The position numbers were made by a program, and so were the translations under genes. The notes under the pieces are model-generated. The model saw only the letters and a list, made by a program, of their open reading frames with translations, ran no database searches and was not told the origin of the DNA. From an uncultured archaeon (lineage in GTDB: Archaea > Thermoproteota > Bathyarchaeia > Bathyarchaeales > Bathycorpusculaceae): a stretch of 64,000 nt of DNA. Shown one piece after another: positions 37,834 to 48,486 of this stretch (position 1 is the first letter of the stretch; each line of letters starts with the position of its first letter). Location of the stretch: positions 128,001-192,000 of the forward strand of contig CAWENF010000002.1 in the NCBI GenBank assembly GCA_963810275.1, written 5' to 3'.

Positions 37834-40398
37834 TTATGGTTTTCTTCTTAGGGCTACGATTATGACTGCGCCGACGACTATGATGACGATTGCTAAGCCT
37901 ATGATGCCTGGTAGTAGATATTGGTCTGCCATTGATTGTTGTTGCTCAGCTGGTGCTGGTGTTGCTGCAGGATCAGCTGCATGGAAAGCAGTTTCTGCGC
38001 TTGTACCATAGTAGGATTCGGTGCCTGCAAACGATGCAATGATTCTGTAGTCACCTGAAATGTCTGGTGTCCATGTGAAGCTGTAGAAGCCATGGTCATC
38101 ACTTGTTGTAGATCCGATAGTTCTGTAGTTGCCATTAGAGTCCCAAACACTAAGGGTTACAGGTACGCCTGTGGCATCAGTTGGGCGTGGTTGCTGCATG
38201 TAGACATATTCCATCCATACGCCTTGGCTCTCATCAGAAATGCATGGTAATCCGTTGGGGAAGTTTGCTGCTTGAGCTTCTTGTTTGCTGCCAGCAGAGT
38301 TATCCATGATTGTTCCGCGAATCGTAATTGGGGTTGCGGTGGTTACGCCAACATCTGGTGCGTCGACTGTCATTTGTGTGGGTCCTTTGCCCCATGCATA
38401 AAGCTGGTTGTCATAGGCGTTTAGGGTGGTCATGATGCCGTCTGCGATGGCTGGTGCACTTGTGACATCAAATGCGGTTATGTTCCATACTACTGTGCCG
38501 TCAGTTAGGTTGAGTGCCATTTGTTGTGCGTGGTGGAATAGTGGTGGGCTGTACATGTGTCCAAATGGTAAGAAGAGTTTGCCATCTGCTGCGGTGCCTA
38601 CGCTAAAGGTCCAAAACGGCCAGGTGCCGTATGGTGATTCGTAGCCGCTTGAGGGGGCGTGGTATTCCCAGTTGAAGCTACCGTCTTTGGCGTTAATGGA
38701 GTATGCGTCGCCACCATAAGTCCAGGTTAGTATTGTGCCGTCAGGTCCAGGTGTATATCGTTGCCCTAGCGAAGTGAATGGGTTCGCGTTTGGCAATGCA
38801 ACAGGTCCCCAGATTTTTTTGCCGGTGGATAAGTCGTAGCCTGTGGCTGTTAGTTCTGCGGAGTCAAATTCTATCCAGACACCATCGTTTATGGTTTCTG
38901 AGCCGAAGAGTACACGTGAATTGGGAACTTCGGTTCTGTTGGTTGGTCCCCAGAGTAAGTGTCCGTCTTCTGCGCTGTAGCCTGCTCCGATGTACCATCC
39001 TGGCTGGAAGTATGATGACTGCCCGCTAGTGTAGCTCATCATAACTACTTTGTCATCCATTCCTGATAGGCTTAGTGATATAGGATTACCGTCGATTTCG
39101 GTTGCTATGGGTACGGACCATTCGATGCCGTTTTCGAAATTGTACACTCCGTCTTGTGTTGGTCTCCATTGCCAAGCATTGCCAAGATCACTGTTGCCGT
39201 TGACTCCTCGCAGAATTGTTCTACTAGAATTCCAAACTGTAAGCGATCGTTCTCCTGCGCTTGCGTTGACGTAGTAGCCGATTAGGCCTCCGTGGTCGTC
39301 TATGGTGAGTTTGTTAAAGCTTGATCCGTTGACTATGCTTAAGATGTAGTTGCCTGTCATTGCATCATACATGCTGTAGGTTGTACCAACAGAGGTAACG
39401 CCAGGTACATCGCCGGTTGCCCACAGATATGCTCTGCCGCCGTACTCGTTGGGTGAGAGGTAGTTCATGATTTGTCCGCATCGCAGATTGGTGGTGTAGT
39501 CTTTTGTCCAGATGGTTTCGCCGGTGTGTAGGTTTACTGCGCTCCATCCTGCTGGGTTAGCTGTTGAGCCGGGGTAGTTTACGTAGTAGAGTATGCCCTG
39601 AATGATTATTGGTGCGAATTTTGGTTGGTACTGAGAAGTGGACCAGTAATTGCTTTGTTGATCGTTACCGAATTCTCCGCCCATGGTGCCGCCGAATGCG
39701 ATTGGTTTTGTCCACATGATGTGTGGGCTGTTTGGTGCTGTTGTGTAGGGTGCGTAGTCGCCTGCTTGATTGTATTGGCCGGTGTTGGCGAATGTTGAGA
39801 CGCCTAAGCCTAGCCAGTTTCCGCCTATGGCATACCATAAGTCGTTATTTTGCCCGTAAATTGGTCTTGTCCAGTACTCGGTTGGTAGAGGGATAACTGG
39901 AGCGTAGCCTATAGGTTCCTCTTGAACAACCAAGTGGAATACGTTGCTTTGGCTGGGCTCGTAGTAATCGCCGACATAATCATTGGGTCTTTGAAGGTTT
40001 TCGCCTCTGAGTGTTTCGCCTAGGAAGAACATTTGGAAGGTGTAGTCGCCGACTTGGTCTGGTGTGTATGTGGTGAATGCTCCGCCAGTATCGTCGGAAG
40101 TAAATGGACCAAGAGTATCTTCATGTCCGTCTGGTGCGGTTACGACGACGGTTAGGTTTTCCCATCGGTCACCGTAGGCGCCGCTAGCGGTTGGGGGAGG
40201 TACGTTTAGCCAAAAGTTGACGTTCACTGTTTGTCCTACACCGATGGGTGCAGGTGCAACGTTTATGAAAGCATATGTGGGCAGTGACCAAGGTGGATCG
40301 TGAGCTTCAGCAGTTGGTACTGATAGCATAGGGACAGCAGAAATTGCCAAAATTGCTATTACTAATAATGCAAATATTGCTTCTTTTTTCAAAATCAT
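37834..40398 (-). CDS. PQQ-like beta-propeller surface protein, close paralog of 11507-14089
   Basis: AHDPPWS, PPPTAS..YGDRW, GHMYSPPLFH and AFDVTSAPAI are shared with 11507-14089; TM-RRKP anchor. Confidence 0.9.
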   Translation of the reverse strand: MILKKEAIFALLVIAILAISAVPMLSVPTAEAHDPPWSLPTYAFINVAPAPIGVGQTVNVNFWLNVPPPTASGAYGDRWENLTVVVTAPDGHEDTLGPFTSDDTGGAFTTYTPDQVGDYTFQMFFLGETLRGENLQRPNDYVGDYYEPSQSNVFHLVVQEEPIGYAPVIPLPTEYWTRPIYGQNNDLWYAIGGNWLGLGVSTFANTGQYNQAGDYAPYTTAPNSPHIMWTKPIAFGGTMGGEFGNDQQSNYWSTSQYQPKFAPIIIQGILYYVNYPGSTANPAGWSAVNLHTGETIWTKDYTTNLRCGQIMNYLSPNEYGGRAYLWATGDVPGVTSVGTTYSMYDAMTGNYILSIVNGSSFNKLTIDDHGGLIGYYVNASAGERSLTVWNSSRTILRGVNGNSDLGNAWQWRPTQDGVYNFENGIEWSVPIATEIDGNPISLSLSGMDDKVVMMSYTSGQSSYFQPGWYIGAGYSAEDGHLLWGPTNRTEVPNSRVLFGSETINDGVWIEFDSAELTATGYDLSTGKKIWGPVALPNANPFTSLGQRYTPGPDGTILTWTYGGDAYSINAKDGSFNWEYHAPSSGYESPYGTWPFWTFSVGTAADGKLFLPFGHMYSPPLFHHAQQMALNLTDGTVVWNITAFDVTSAPAIADGIMTTLNAYDNQLYAWGKGPTQMTVDAPDVGVTTATPITIRGTIMDNSAGSKQEAQAANFPNGLPCISDESQGVWMEYVYMQQPRPTDATGVPVTLSVWDSNGNYRTIGSTTSDDHGFYSFTWTPDISGDYRIIASFAGTESYYGTSAETAFHAADPAATPAPAEQQQSMADQYLLPGIIGLAIVIIVVGAVIIVALRRKP

Positions 40399-40528
40399 GT
40401 TTATTCTTTCCTATTTTTGCAATTTGTTGGGTTAGTTATAACAAGACATCCTTCATAACAATAATGAACAAAATGTTCATAGATTTTAAATACTGAAGTC
40501 TTTTGTTCGTTTATTGATTTCTTTCAAT

Positions 40529-40810
40529 TTATGTTTCAAGCCCCATGCGTTTTAGCAACGTGTTAGTTTTTTGTATTTGGCGCAGGCATTTTAAGCCGTT
40601 TTCAGTTATTAGAAGACCTTGCTCAGTTTTTCGAACCATATCTGCCTGGATAAAATTATCTATAATTTTTTGAAATCGATTGTAAGGAATATTGGCTCGA
40701 GCAGCAACCCTTGTGGGACTGGCTTCGCCAAATTTAGCCCCTTCTTGACATAAAAGGTCTAGTAAGTCACAGTATATATGGACTCGACTACGATGGCCTA
40801 AGGTAATCAG
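40529..40810 (-). CDS. Winged-helix transcriptional regulator (archaeal HTH_45-like) with CTG start; missed by ORF track
   Basis: Translates as LITLGHRSRVHIYCDLLDLL...ASPTRVAARANIPYNRFQKII...LLITENG; GGAGG 6 nt upstream of the CTG. Confidence 0.8.
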   Translation of the reverse strand: MITLGHRSRVHIYCDLLDLLCQEGAKFGEASPTRVAARANIPYNRFQKIIDNFIQADMVRKTEQGLLITENGLKCLRQIQKTNTLLKRMGLET

Positions 40811-41520
40811 CAGATACCTCCTTTGCTACTTTGTAGAATAATACTAACAGAATTACAAAACTAACTGTGCGAGCAATTTGAGAGCTTATTAGGAAAATTG
40901 AACTTCTTTCAACAAGGGAGTAATAAATGTAGATTAGTTGATTTAGCCACAAAAAAGAAAAAGCTAAAACAGAAATTGATAAAGCCTTAGCTTTATCTCT
41001 TTGCAGTAATATTTTTCTTAGTAAAAAGACAATTATGAAAGATAATAGCCCAATATTGGCTATTGAAAACAAAGAAGTGTTTTGGTAAATCGACTGCAGA
41101 CCTAGCGGATTAATAGTAGATAGCAACCCAAGAACAAGTAACATTAATGCAGTTGAACCCGAAAAAATCACTAAGTAGCCGTGTTTGGTTTCGTTTTGAT
41201 ATTTTCCAGCAAAAAAATAGGATAAAGCAAGTAAGATAAAACCAGCACTTTGAGATATTGATCGCAGCCACATAAGAGGGCTAGAGATTGATAAATTGTA
41301 AAAAGAGCCGATATTTTCAGAGATTACATACAAAACATGATGCGTAAAAAGAAAAGAAAAGGAAGTAAATAAGAAAAAGAAGCCGAGAGGAAGAAGCAGA
41401 AGAAAAAGAGAATTTTTAGTTTTATATATTTTAGAAAACAAAACAACAAGACTGACTGATAGCACTATACAAGTTAGTTTCTAGTAAGATAATAATCGCT
41501 CGTATAGCGGTTAGTTCCAC
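40788..41520 (-). CDS. Polytopic (~7 TM) membrane protein; true start probably GTG 41520 with a frameshift near 41480
   Basis: Continuous hydrophobic helices; upstream frame VELTAIRAIIILLE joins; overlaps the wHTH gene. Confidence 0.65.
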
Positions 41521-41916
41521 GTGGGCACCTAATGATTAAATGTGTTGAAAGTTGTTTAAAACATTTTTTCAAAAAAGGTGAATAGGTTAAAGCATCATTT
41601 TAGGGCTTAAATGATTTAGCCGCTGTTCTGCGTAAGCTTGGACGCAGTTATCGCTCACTGGCTCTCTATATTAGTCAGCTTTTTGTCTATCTGGTGATTT
41701 AGAATTGTTTTCTCTATATGCACTTGTATAAGCAGTACCTCTGTTGGAAGATAGAATATCTGCAGAGGCGCAATAGTTGTTTTATGATATTCAACTTTTG
41801 ATCACACATTATTTATTACCTAACTGCATTTTTGTTGAACTATTTCATAATAATCCGTTTTTTCAGTTAATTTTTTATAGGTGTAAGGTTGATTTAATCA
41901 TCAGTGCAGAATAGGG

Positions 41917-42159
41917 GTGTACGCCATGGAGAGGCGGGGAGAAATAATACAAATAAAATGGGCCGTCTTTCTCGTGTGTCTTTTGCAGCTCTACCCCTTA
42001 AATCATAAACAGTTTGACTACTTAGCAAACGATGATTCGTCTATTGATTCAGCTTTTAGGCAGGCTTTATTGACCTTTGCTGGGCCCATCAGCATTAACG
42101 GCCTGGATGGGATTCTCATTAAACTAAATCAAACAGTAGGTGACATGTGTGGGTCTTGA
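41917..42159 (+). CDS. Hypothetical protein
   Basis: 80-aa ORF with a GGGGTG RBS, overlapping the next gene. Confidence 0.45.
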   Translation: MYAMERRGEIIQIKWAVFLVCLLQLYPLNHKQFDYLANDDSSIDSAFRQALLTFAGPISINGLDGILIKLNQTVGDMCGS

Positions 42160-42448
42160 AAACACTCAAAGAATAAAGATCAACAAGCATCGCTGTGTTG
42201 TCTGCGGTGCCCCAAGTGAATGTCGCAAGGGTCGACTTTTTTACCAAACCGGACGCTCCATGTTTGGTGCTCCATTCTGCAAAGAGCATGCCCTGCATTT
42301 CAAAGAATATGCCACTCCTGTTTTTGAAAGTATAGAGGCTCAAGCACTCTTCAAGTACATGTATCCCCAGACGTACCAAAGTAGAATCGAGGGGAAACTT
42401 GTCCTCTATTTTAGTACTCATAAAAACTGCTCTTCCAAAGCAAGATAA
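42140..42448 (+). CDS. Small zinc-binding protein
   Basis: CVVCG...FCKEH motif. Confidence 0.6.
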   Translation: MTCVGLENTQRIKINKHRCVVCGAPSECRKGRLFYQTGRSMFGAPFCKEHALHFKEYATPVFESIEAQALFKYMYPQTYQSRIEGKLVLYFSTHKNCSSKAR

Positions 42449-42533
42449 GCAAAGCGGGAGAGACTATCTTGCGCCTGATAGATGAGCTGCCTGCCCAAAG
42501 ATTTATTTTCAACTTTAACTCATTTGACCTTAA

Positions 42534-42803
42534 ATGGCAGTCTTTTCAATTAGTCAAAGGCTAAAAATTGCATTAGGAGGATTTTTAACATTTACTGGAT
42601 TTGTTATTCTTATAATCGCAATATTATTAGCAACGGATTCCGCAAATCTTTCTTATATTTTTGAAGAAGCAAATGGAGTCACTGCATTATCTGTAGCTGC
42701 CACCTTAGAAATCGTAGGCGGAATAATTCTGTTTTTGGGAAGCAAAAAAATTACCATCTCATTCGCTGGCAATGAGAAGAAAACCAGCAAGAATACTCAT
42801 TAA
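42534..42803 (+). CDS. Small 2-TM membrane protein
   Basis: Two hydrophobic helices. Confidence 0.55.
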   Translation: MAVFSISQRLKIALGGFLTFTGFVILIIAILLATDSANLSYIFEEANGVTALSVAATLEIVGGIILFLGSKKITISFAGNEKKTSKNTH

Positions 42804-43091
42804 ACCAGCAACAACAAAAAGCCCAAGTACAGAAACCGAGACACCTGCAGAAAACAGGATTGCAGTGCTTTGATTTATTGCAAAGTAGCCCAGCGTCAAA
42901 AGCAATATTGCGCCCACAATCATTGATGAAAGACCGAAATATTGACCAACCCTTTTGCCAATTGAAATTACATTGAACCTTTCTTCTTCCAGAGCTTTCA
43001 CAGCGGCTTTTTCAGCTTTCACCTCTTCAGCGATAACTGATTTAGAAGGCGCCTTGACAAACACTTCTTTATTTTCTTTATCCTTGCTCAA
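42759..43091 (-). CDS. Small membrane protein (likely start TTG 43091)
   Basis: Charged N-terminus SKDKENKE... then two TM helices; the upstream extension of the called ORF overlaps a promoter and the next gene. Confidence 0.55.
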   Translation of the reverse strand: MSKDKENKEVFVKAPSKSVIAEEVKAEKAAVKALEEERFNVISIGKRVGQYFGLSSMIVGAILLLTLGYFAINQSTAILFSAGVSVSVLGLFVVAGLMSILAGFLLIASE

Positions 43092-43221
43092 GAAGCTCGC
43101 TCCAGTCAAATAACATAGTGGTAGTTTATAATTAAATGATTTTTGTTTGCTAACCATTGAACATCTAGAAAATCTTAAATTGTTCTGTTTAACAACTACA
43201 TCTAAGTAACGGGTTGTTATC

Positions 43222-44841
43222 TTGCAGAGTACTACACAAAAAAACCTTCTTCCATTCTCTGTCTGCACCTCAGATGATGGTCTCGTATTAACGGAGGAAA
43301 TCGAAAAAGCCGTAATTTTTTGCCTCTCTGAAATAAATAGAGGCAAAGGAGGTGGGCTTCTTAGAAAAAAGCCTCCAGAAAAAACGGTTTTTATTGGAAA
43401 AGTCTATTATCCGTTATGGATTGGTTTATTCGAAAATCAAAACATCATTTTTGATGGATTAAACATCTGGTCCAACTCACTCAATTATCAAGATTATCCT
43501 TCAACTGAAGTTTTTAGAAATAACCTAAAAGAGACTTCGTCTACACGCCAAATTTTTTCAACCTTCCTTTGCAACAATACAGGTTATTTCGAACAAACAA
43601 ACGGTCAAAAAACATATACTATTCAAGGACTTATAACAAATTTGGATTTTGCAAAAGCATTTCTTGATTATTCTAAAGAAGCCACGAGTCAAAAGAAAGT
43701 TTTAGACAGCATATTAATTTCATCTGCATTTAAAGAAAAAGAGATCGCTGAAAAAATAAAAGAATTGCTCGATATCCGAGAAAAGTTTAGACAGAAACTT
43801 GCTGACTTAAGCGGTACTATCAAACAGATAAACAGTAAAACCCAAGAATTTGTCTCGTCATCGAACGATGAAATAACTGCAATCGAAAACAAATACAAGC
43901 GGCAAATTCAGCAAGCCACGGCGAGATTTGAAAAACAAAAGATGAAGCTAAACAAAAGTTACGCTAATAATGTAACCGAAATCTCTGAAAAATATGAGAA
44001 AAAAATTGTGATCCTTAATAAAGAAGGAATTGGTCTCCAAAAATCATTAGATGCGGTTAATCGTGATCTTGATCAAATCAATGTAGATATGAAAAATGCT
44101 CAAGTCAATAAAGATGAAGTGACAGAACAAAAATTAAAAGCCAAAAAAAATGCGTTAAAGACAAAGATTTCTGATATTAATCTTAAAGTTAGGGTTGTAA
44201 ATGAAAAAACCCAAGAATTAGAGCGCATCAAGAAAGAGAAACTTTTCCAGCTTCGACAAGAAAATGAGGCAAAAATGGAGGATGCCTCAAAGGAACTCAA
44301 CGAAATTAACGCATCCAAAGACGCAGAAAAGAAAATTCGTCAAGACGAAATGGAAAAATTAGAAGAGTACTCATCTAAAATTACGGGTGATATCGACAAA
44401 TGGGCTAGCTCAATTGAAGAGACAATTAACGCTTTTGATGGTTTTGGGATTAAGAATGGAAATGGGCCTTTGGGTCTTGTGTATATGCCCTTCTATTTAA
44501 TCGGTTATATTATTAAAAGTGATAAACGGTACATCTACATTGCGCCTTCAAAGGCTAATGATATGGATATTTCCTTAAAGCTAAGGTGTTTGGGGAGAAA
44601 GAAAATAACGCTACTCTTAGATCCCCGATCAAATGAACTCAACGCTGTTCTAAACAGATTCATGGAGTTGTTAAACCAAGATGTGGGTTTTCGCCATGAG
44701 ATCACGGAGGCATGCGTTAAGCAAAACATTTTAAATTCTGAAGAAGAACGACAGAAAATCCGCGATGGCTTAAACAATCTAAAAGAGGAAGGTTGGATCT
44801 CAGATGAAGAATACGCAGATTTTTCCCAAAACCTCACTTAG
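43222..44841 (+). CDS. Long coiled-coil protein with globular termini
   Basis: Central ~250-aa heptad coiled coil flanked by YYPLW and YMPFY motifs. Confidence 0.8.
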   Translation: MQSTTQKNLLPFSVCTSDDGLVLTEEIEKAVIFCLSEINRGKGGGLLRKKPPEKTVFIGKVYYPLWIGLFENQNIIFDGLNIWSNSLNYQDYPSTEVFRNNLKETSSTRQIFSTFLCNNTGYFEQTNGQKTYTIQGLITNLDFAKAFLDYSKEATSQKKVLDSILISSAFKEKEIAEKIKELLDIREKFRQKLADLSGTIKQINSKTQEFVSSSNDEITAIENKYKRQIQQATARFEKQKMKLNKSYANNVTEISEKYEKKIVILNKEGIGLQKSLDAVNRDLDQINVDMKNAQVNKDEVTEQKLKAKKNALKTKISDINLKVRVVNEKTQELERIKKEKLFQLRQENEAKMEDASKELNEINASKDAEKKIRQDEMEKLEEYSSKITGDIDKWASSIEETINAFDGFGIKNGNGPLGLVYMPFYLIGYIIKSDKRYIYIAPSKANDMDISLKLRCLGRKKITLLLDPRSNELNAVLNRFMELLNQDVGFRHEITEACVKQNILNSEEERQKIRDGLNNLKEEGWISDEEYADFSQNLT

Positions 44842-46376
44842 ATTTTGCTGATTTCAATTTATTTTTATTTTCCCGTTTTGTTCTGCCATTATGCACATTA
44901 AAGTTGAAAAAGCCGACTACGATTAAGATTGCGCCTACAAACAGTTGAACATAAGCTGGAATAAACGGAATAATCGGCGGAGCGAGCATTAACATGCCCA
45001 GCATCGCAAAGGCCAGTATGCAGATTCCTACTCCAATCCCGATGCCACCTAAGGCTATTTGCACTCGATCTCGTCCAGTCATCCTCAAAAAGTAGGATGC
45101 AACAACCAAAGCCGTGAGCAACATCCCAGACATAAAAGCGTCTAAAGCGTTTCCGTCTCCTAAGAGGACCGGAATAAATAGCATAGCTAAAGAAAGTATT
45201 ATCCCCAAAATTGGTATCACTGGGTATAGCGGAATTTTAAAGGGGCGATCCAGGTAGGGTTGGGTTTTTCTCAGCCTCATTAGAGACAGGTTGACAAGAG
45301 CGAAAACCAAAAGTGACCCAAAACTGGCGGCATATCCTAGAAAATGGAATTGCACCGAAAACGCTCAAAAATAAAATTAACACAGTACCTAAGGCTGCTG
45401 CGATATAGAATGTGCCGAAGCGTTTATGGACTCTTTGAAGAATTTTTGGGAAGTAACCGTCTCTGCTCATCCCGCGCACCACGCTGGATTGCACTGAGAG
45501 AGCGGTGCCTAAAGTTGAAAGACATGCAACCATGCCAGCTAATGCGAAAATAATACTTCCGTATCCGCCAAAAATATCGTTTGCAGCTAAATTCAGTATA
45601 GGAACTTGTTGTAATGTTTCTGAGGGGTTGACTGTTCCGATGGCTACCAACGCTAATAACATGTAAAGTGGAATCAAGACAACAGCTGAAATGATTAGTG
45701 CCCGGGGTATGGTTTTTTTAGGTTTATGTGAACTTGTGGCACTTGCAATCAAGGCTTTTGTTCCGATAAACATTGGGAAAACATAAACGATGGCTGCGAA
45801 GACGCCTGTTGTGCCCGAGGGAAGTGGATTTGTGAGCAGATTAACATCAATACCGTGGAAGAAACCGCCAATTATGAAACCTATAAACAATAGGATAAAT
45901 GCGATGACTATGAATTCGTTTGCTCTTCTTGAGCCGCGTATTTCTAAAAGGCCCATGACTGCAACGATTACAAGGAAAATAATCCAGGATTGGTTTAGAA
46001 TTGCAGTTTGTATTTGGGGTGAAATCGCCGAAAATAAGTAGGAAAGCTGTAAAACAAAAGCAACAGCGGCTAATGACCCCGCAAAAATTGCGGCAAGCCA
46101 TCTAAAACATCCAAAAATAAACCCGACGTAGCCGCCGAAAGCAGTTTTGATATAGGTATATTCACCGCCGACAAGCGGCATTGCGGCACTTAATTCGGCG
46201 TAGCTTAGCATTATTAGAATATTGATTGCTCCGGCAAAAGCCAAAGCCAACAACACTGCTGATCCAGCAAGATGGAAATAGGCATAATTGAGCAATACAA
46301 AGATTTCAACTCCGATTGCCCCGCTGAGACCAGAAATAACAACGTCAAATAAGCCGAGGCCTTTAAAGCGCTTCAT
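44834..46376 (-). CDS. APC-family amino acid permease (frameshift near 45345)
   Basis: G.IG..IF, YAELSAAMP..GGEY.Y, MSRDGYFP, RPFKIPLYP. Confidence 0.9.
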
Positions 46377-46626
46377 GGATTTCCCTCTTTAATGCTGATT
46401 CTCGCCAGTCGTAAATTAAAAAGAGAGAACTTATGACAAAAACTACTCCGAACGCAACAAGAAAAGCCACATAGAAGTTTAGGGCTTCAGCAATTGATGA
46501 TTCCAAAATTAGTATGTTGAATTGTAGAAGAACTGCTCCAGCTAATGCGGAGATAGCAATTGTAAGCTGCAGTACTCCTAGTGCCAGTTTGATAAATAAC
46601 CTGTTTTTAAGCAAACAAGCGCCCAA
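46363..46626 (-). CDS. Small 2-TM membrane protein upstream of the permease
   Basis: Two hydrophobic helices; overlaps the permease start. Confidence 0.55.
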   Translation of the reverse strand: MGACLLKNRLFIKLALGVLQLTIAISALAGAVLLQFNILILESSIAEALNFYVAFLVAFGVVFVISSLFLIYDWRESALKREIHEAL

Positions 46627-46769
46627 TTAAACTTAACTTAACCCATATTTATAATTGTCAGGTAAAACCAGCGTTAAGCCAAGTATGAGCTTACTAACCC
46701 AAACGAATTTGCCTGGTGCATCGAAAACTTTCATGGGGTTCTTTTGGGAGCAATTAGGGAGAAGCGAAA

Positions 46770-47747
46770 TTATTTCCAGTATTCTTTAGCCATAAACTCA
46801 GCAGAATAGCTGTCGAGATCAGCAAGTTCTTCGGGGTATGGTTCGAGAAATGTTTGGGTTGACAAGTAGTCATTTTTGAATCTAATTATCCAAGAGCGTA
46901 GAATGTTTTTGCTGGAACTAAGGGGGAGTTTACCTTCTTTATATTGTTCTGTTGTCTTTAAGAAAAATGCTTTTTCATCTTTTGTTAGCTCACTTGAGAA
47001 GTAGCCCATTATTTTTAACAGTACATTGATGTTTGAACCAACACTTGGAGGGTGTGAAAATACGGGGTATAGATTATTTTCATAGAGGCTTAAAATTGTC
47101 TCGATTGGCCGATTTTCTTGATTTGCAACAATATTGCCTAATATTCGCAGTTGTTTTTGGCTATAGGCAGTAAGTAGGTACTTGTTTTCTGAATGGAATT
47201 TTATAAGAGATTGAATTGATTTTTTATGCTTTATTGTACGATATTTGGCAAGTGTAAAAAGCTTAACCAAGAAATGCTCCTTTATTCTAGGATTTAGTAG
47301 ACGTCTTTCGTCTTCAATAGCTAAATCTGGATATTTTTTAATAACTGCACCTCCAAAAAAACCTGGTCCTCTAGCAATTGAAGCTGACTTTTCTGAGGTA
47401 GGGTAAATTTTTACATTCTTAAAGCCGCTACTAGGAGATGCACTCTTTAAAATGAAACCATCAACAGTTTTTAGGGAACTCAAAAACTTTTCTGAGAATT
47501 CATCCATCTTCTCTGATAAATCTAAACCGGTTGACGGTTGAATGAGTCTAACAGCCTCATCTTTTAAAACGAGACGAATTGGATTTCTTGGAACACCTAA
47601 CCCAATTTCTACTTCTGGGCAGACAGGAATAAATTGGACATGAGGTTTGAGTTTCTCTACAAAATCGCTAGCAATGATTGTGTTATCCCATCTGACTGGC
47701 GAAAAAGTTATACATTTAGAAATTACAACAACCGGTTTATTTATCAT
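46770..47747 (-). CDS. DUF523/DUF1722 (YbbK-YbgA-like, 2-thiouracil desulfurase-family) protein
   Basis: ISKC...VRWD, PVCPEVEIGLGVPR, GFILKSASPS, EDE.RL, FHSENKY.L, YL..QTFLEPYP. Confidence 0.88.
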   Translation of the reverse strand: MINKPVVVISKCITFSPVRWDNTIIASDFVEKLKPHVQFIPVCPEVEIGLGVPRNPIRLVLKDEAVRLIQPSTGLDLSEKMDEFSEKFLSSLKTVDGFILKSASPSSGFKNVKIYPTSEKSASIARGPGFFGGAVIKKYPDLAIEDERRLLNPRIKEHFLVKLFTLAKYRTIKHKKSIQSLIKFHSENKYLLTAYSQKQLRILGNIVANQENRPIETILSLYENNLYPVFSHPPSVGSNINVLLKIMGYFSSELTKDEKAFFLKTTEQYKEGKLPLSSSKNILRSWIIRFKNDYLSTQTFLEPYPEELADLDSYSAEFMAKEYWK

Positions 47748-47923
47748 AGTTATCCAGTCTTTTCTACTATTTAATTCAGTTTAACTATAATTGATAGCTT
47801 CTCGGGTCAGGTGTAGAAATAATATTTGCAGGTTTTAGTGTTTTACCACTTTTTCTGCATATTAAATAGTTTTATTTTGGAGATTTATTTACAAGATTTA
47901 TTTGTGCCTATAAGAGCATGCCT

Positions 47924-48172
47924 TTAGGGTTCAGTTTTTTGCCCAAACCATCGCGCTCTCCAAGCGATAACTTCGATCATTTGACGTTCAAGTTCTTCAT
48001 ATTTTTCTTGGTATTCACTAGATTGCCATTTGTGGGGTAATTCATAATCAAAATCTAAATTTGGAAAATCCTTGTTCGCTTCTTCTAAGACATCTTTTAT
48101 GTATTCTGGTGGGACAATTTTGTTTGGCAGATATGGTTCTACTATTTGTTCTTCAAACTTGCCTTTCTTCAA
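47924..48172 (-). CDS. Hypothetical protein
   Basis: 82-aa ORF after a GAGGT RBS; ends WRARWFG. Confidence 0.55.
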   Translation of the reverse strand: MKKGKFEEQIVEPYLPNKIVPPEYIKDVLEEANKDFPNLDFDYELPHKWQSSEYQEKYEELERQMIEVIAWRARWFGQKTEP

Positions 48173-48295
48173 TCTACTTTACCTCAATTAACAATAGTTT
48201 GGTTACCTAATATCACTTTTTCGACGATATATAGAATTTCCTCATTTTATCGTTTAAGAAAAAGTTTAGCTATGGAGAATTGTCATACTTGCTTT

Positions 48296-48466
48296 TTAGT
48301 TTCTTGTGTTAATAAGACCTCTATATCTAGCGGAGCAACTCCTGCATCGTTTCTGATTTGCAGGAATCAGCCTCCATTTAGGAGTTTTAGCACGAGCTGA
48401 CAATTTCTTTCCACAATCACAACAGTGATACTTTACAGGTTTATCTCTAATACCAATAACTTGCAA
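48296..48466 (-). CDS. 56-aa zinc-ribbon microprotein (below ORF-track cutoff)
   Basis: MQVIGIRDKPVKYHCCDCGKKL...RCRSCSARYRG; GGAG RBS; directly downstream of the ArsR gene. Confidence 0.6.
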   Translation of the reverse strand: MQVIGIRDKPVKYHCCDCGKKLSARAKTPKWRLIPANQKRCRSCSARYRGLINTRN

Positions 48467-48486
48467 GTAATTGCGACTCCAGACAG

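Noticed and set aside
37647-37865. 72-aa ORF
   Set aside because: Runs through the non-coding repeat and the terminator of the opposite-strand gene; likely spurious
11507-40398. Diversity-generating retroelement acting on the PQQ paralogs
   Set aside because: No reverse transcriptase in the window and no template/variable repeat pair differing only at adenines was seen
42119-42421. 100-aa minus-strand ORF
   Set aside because: Antisense to the better-supported zinc-binding ORF 42140-42448
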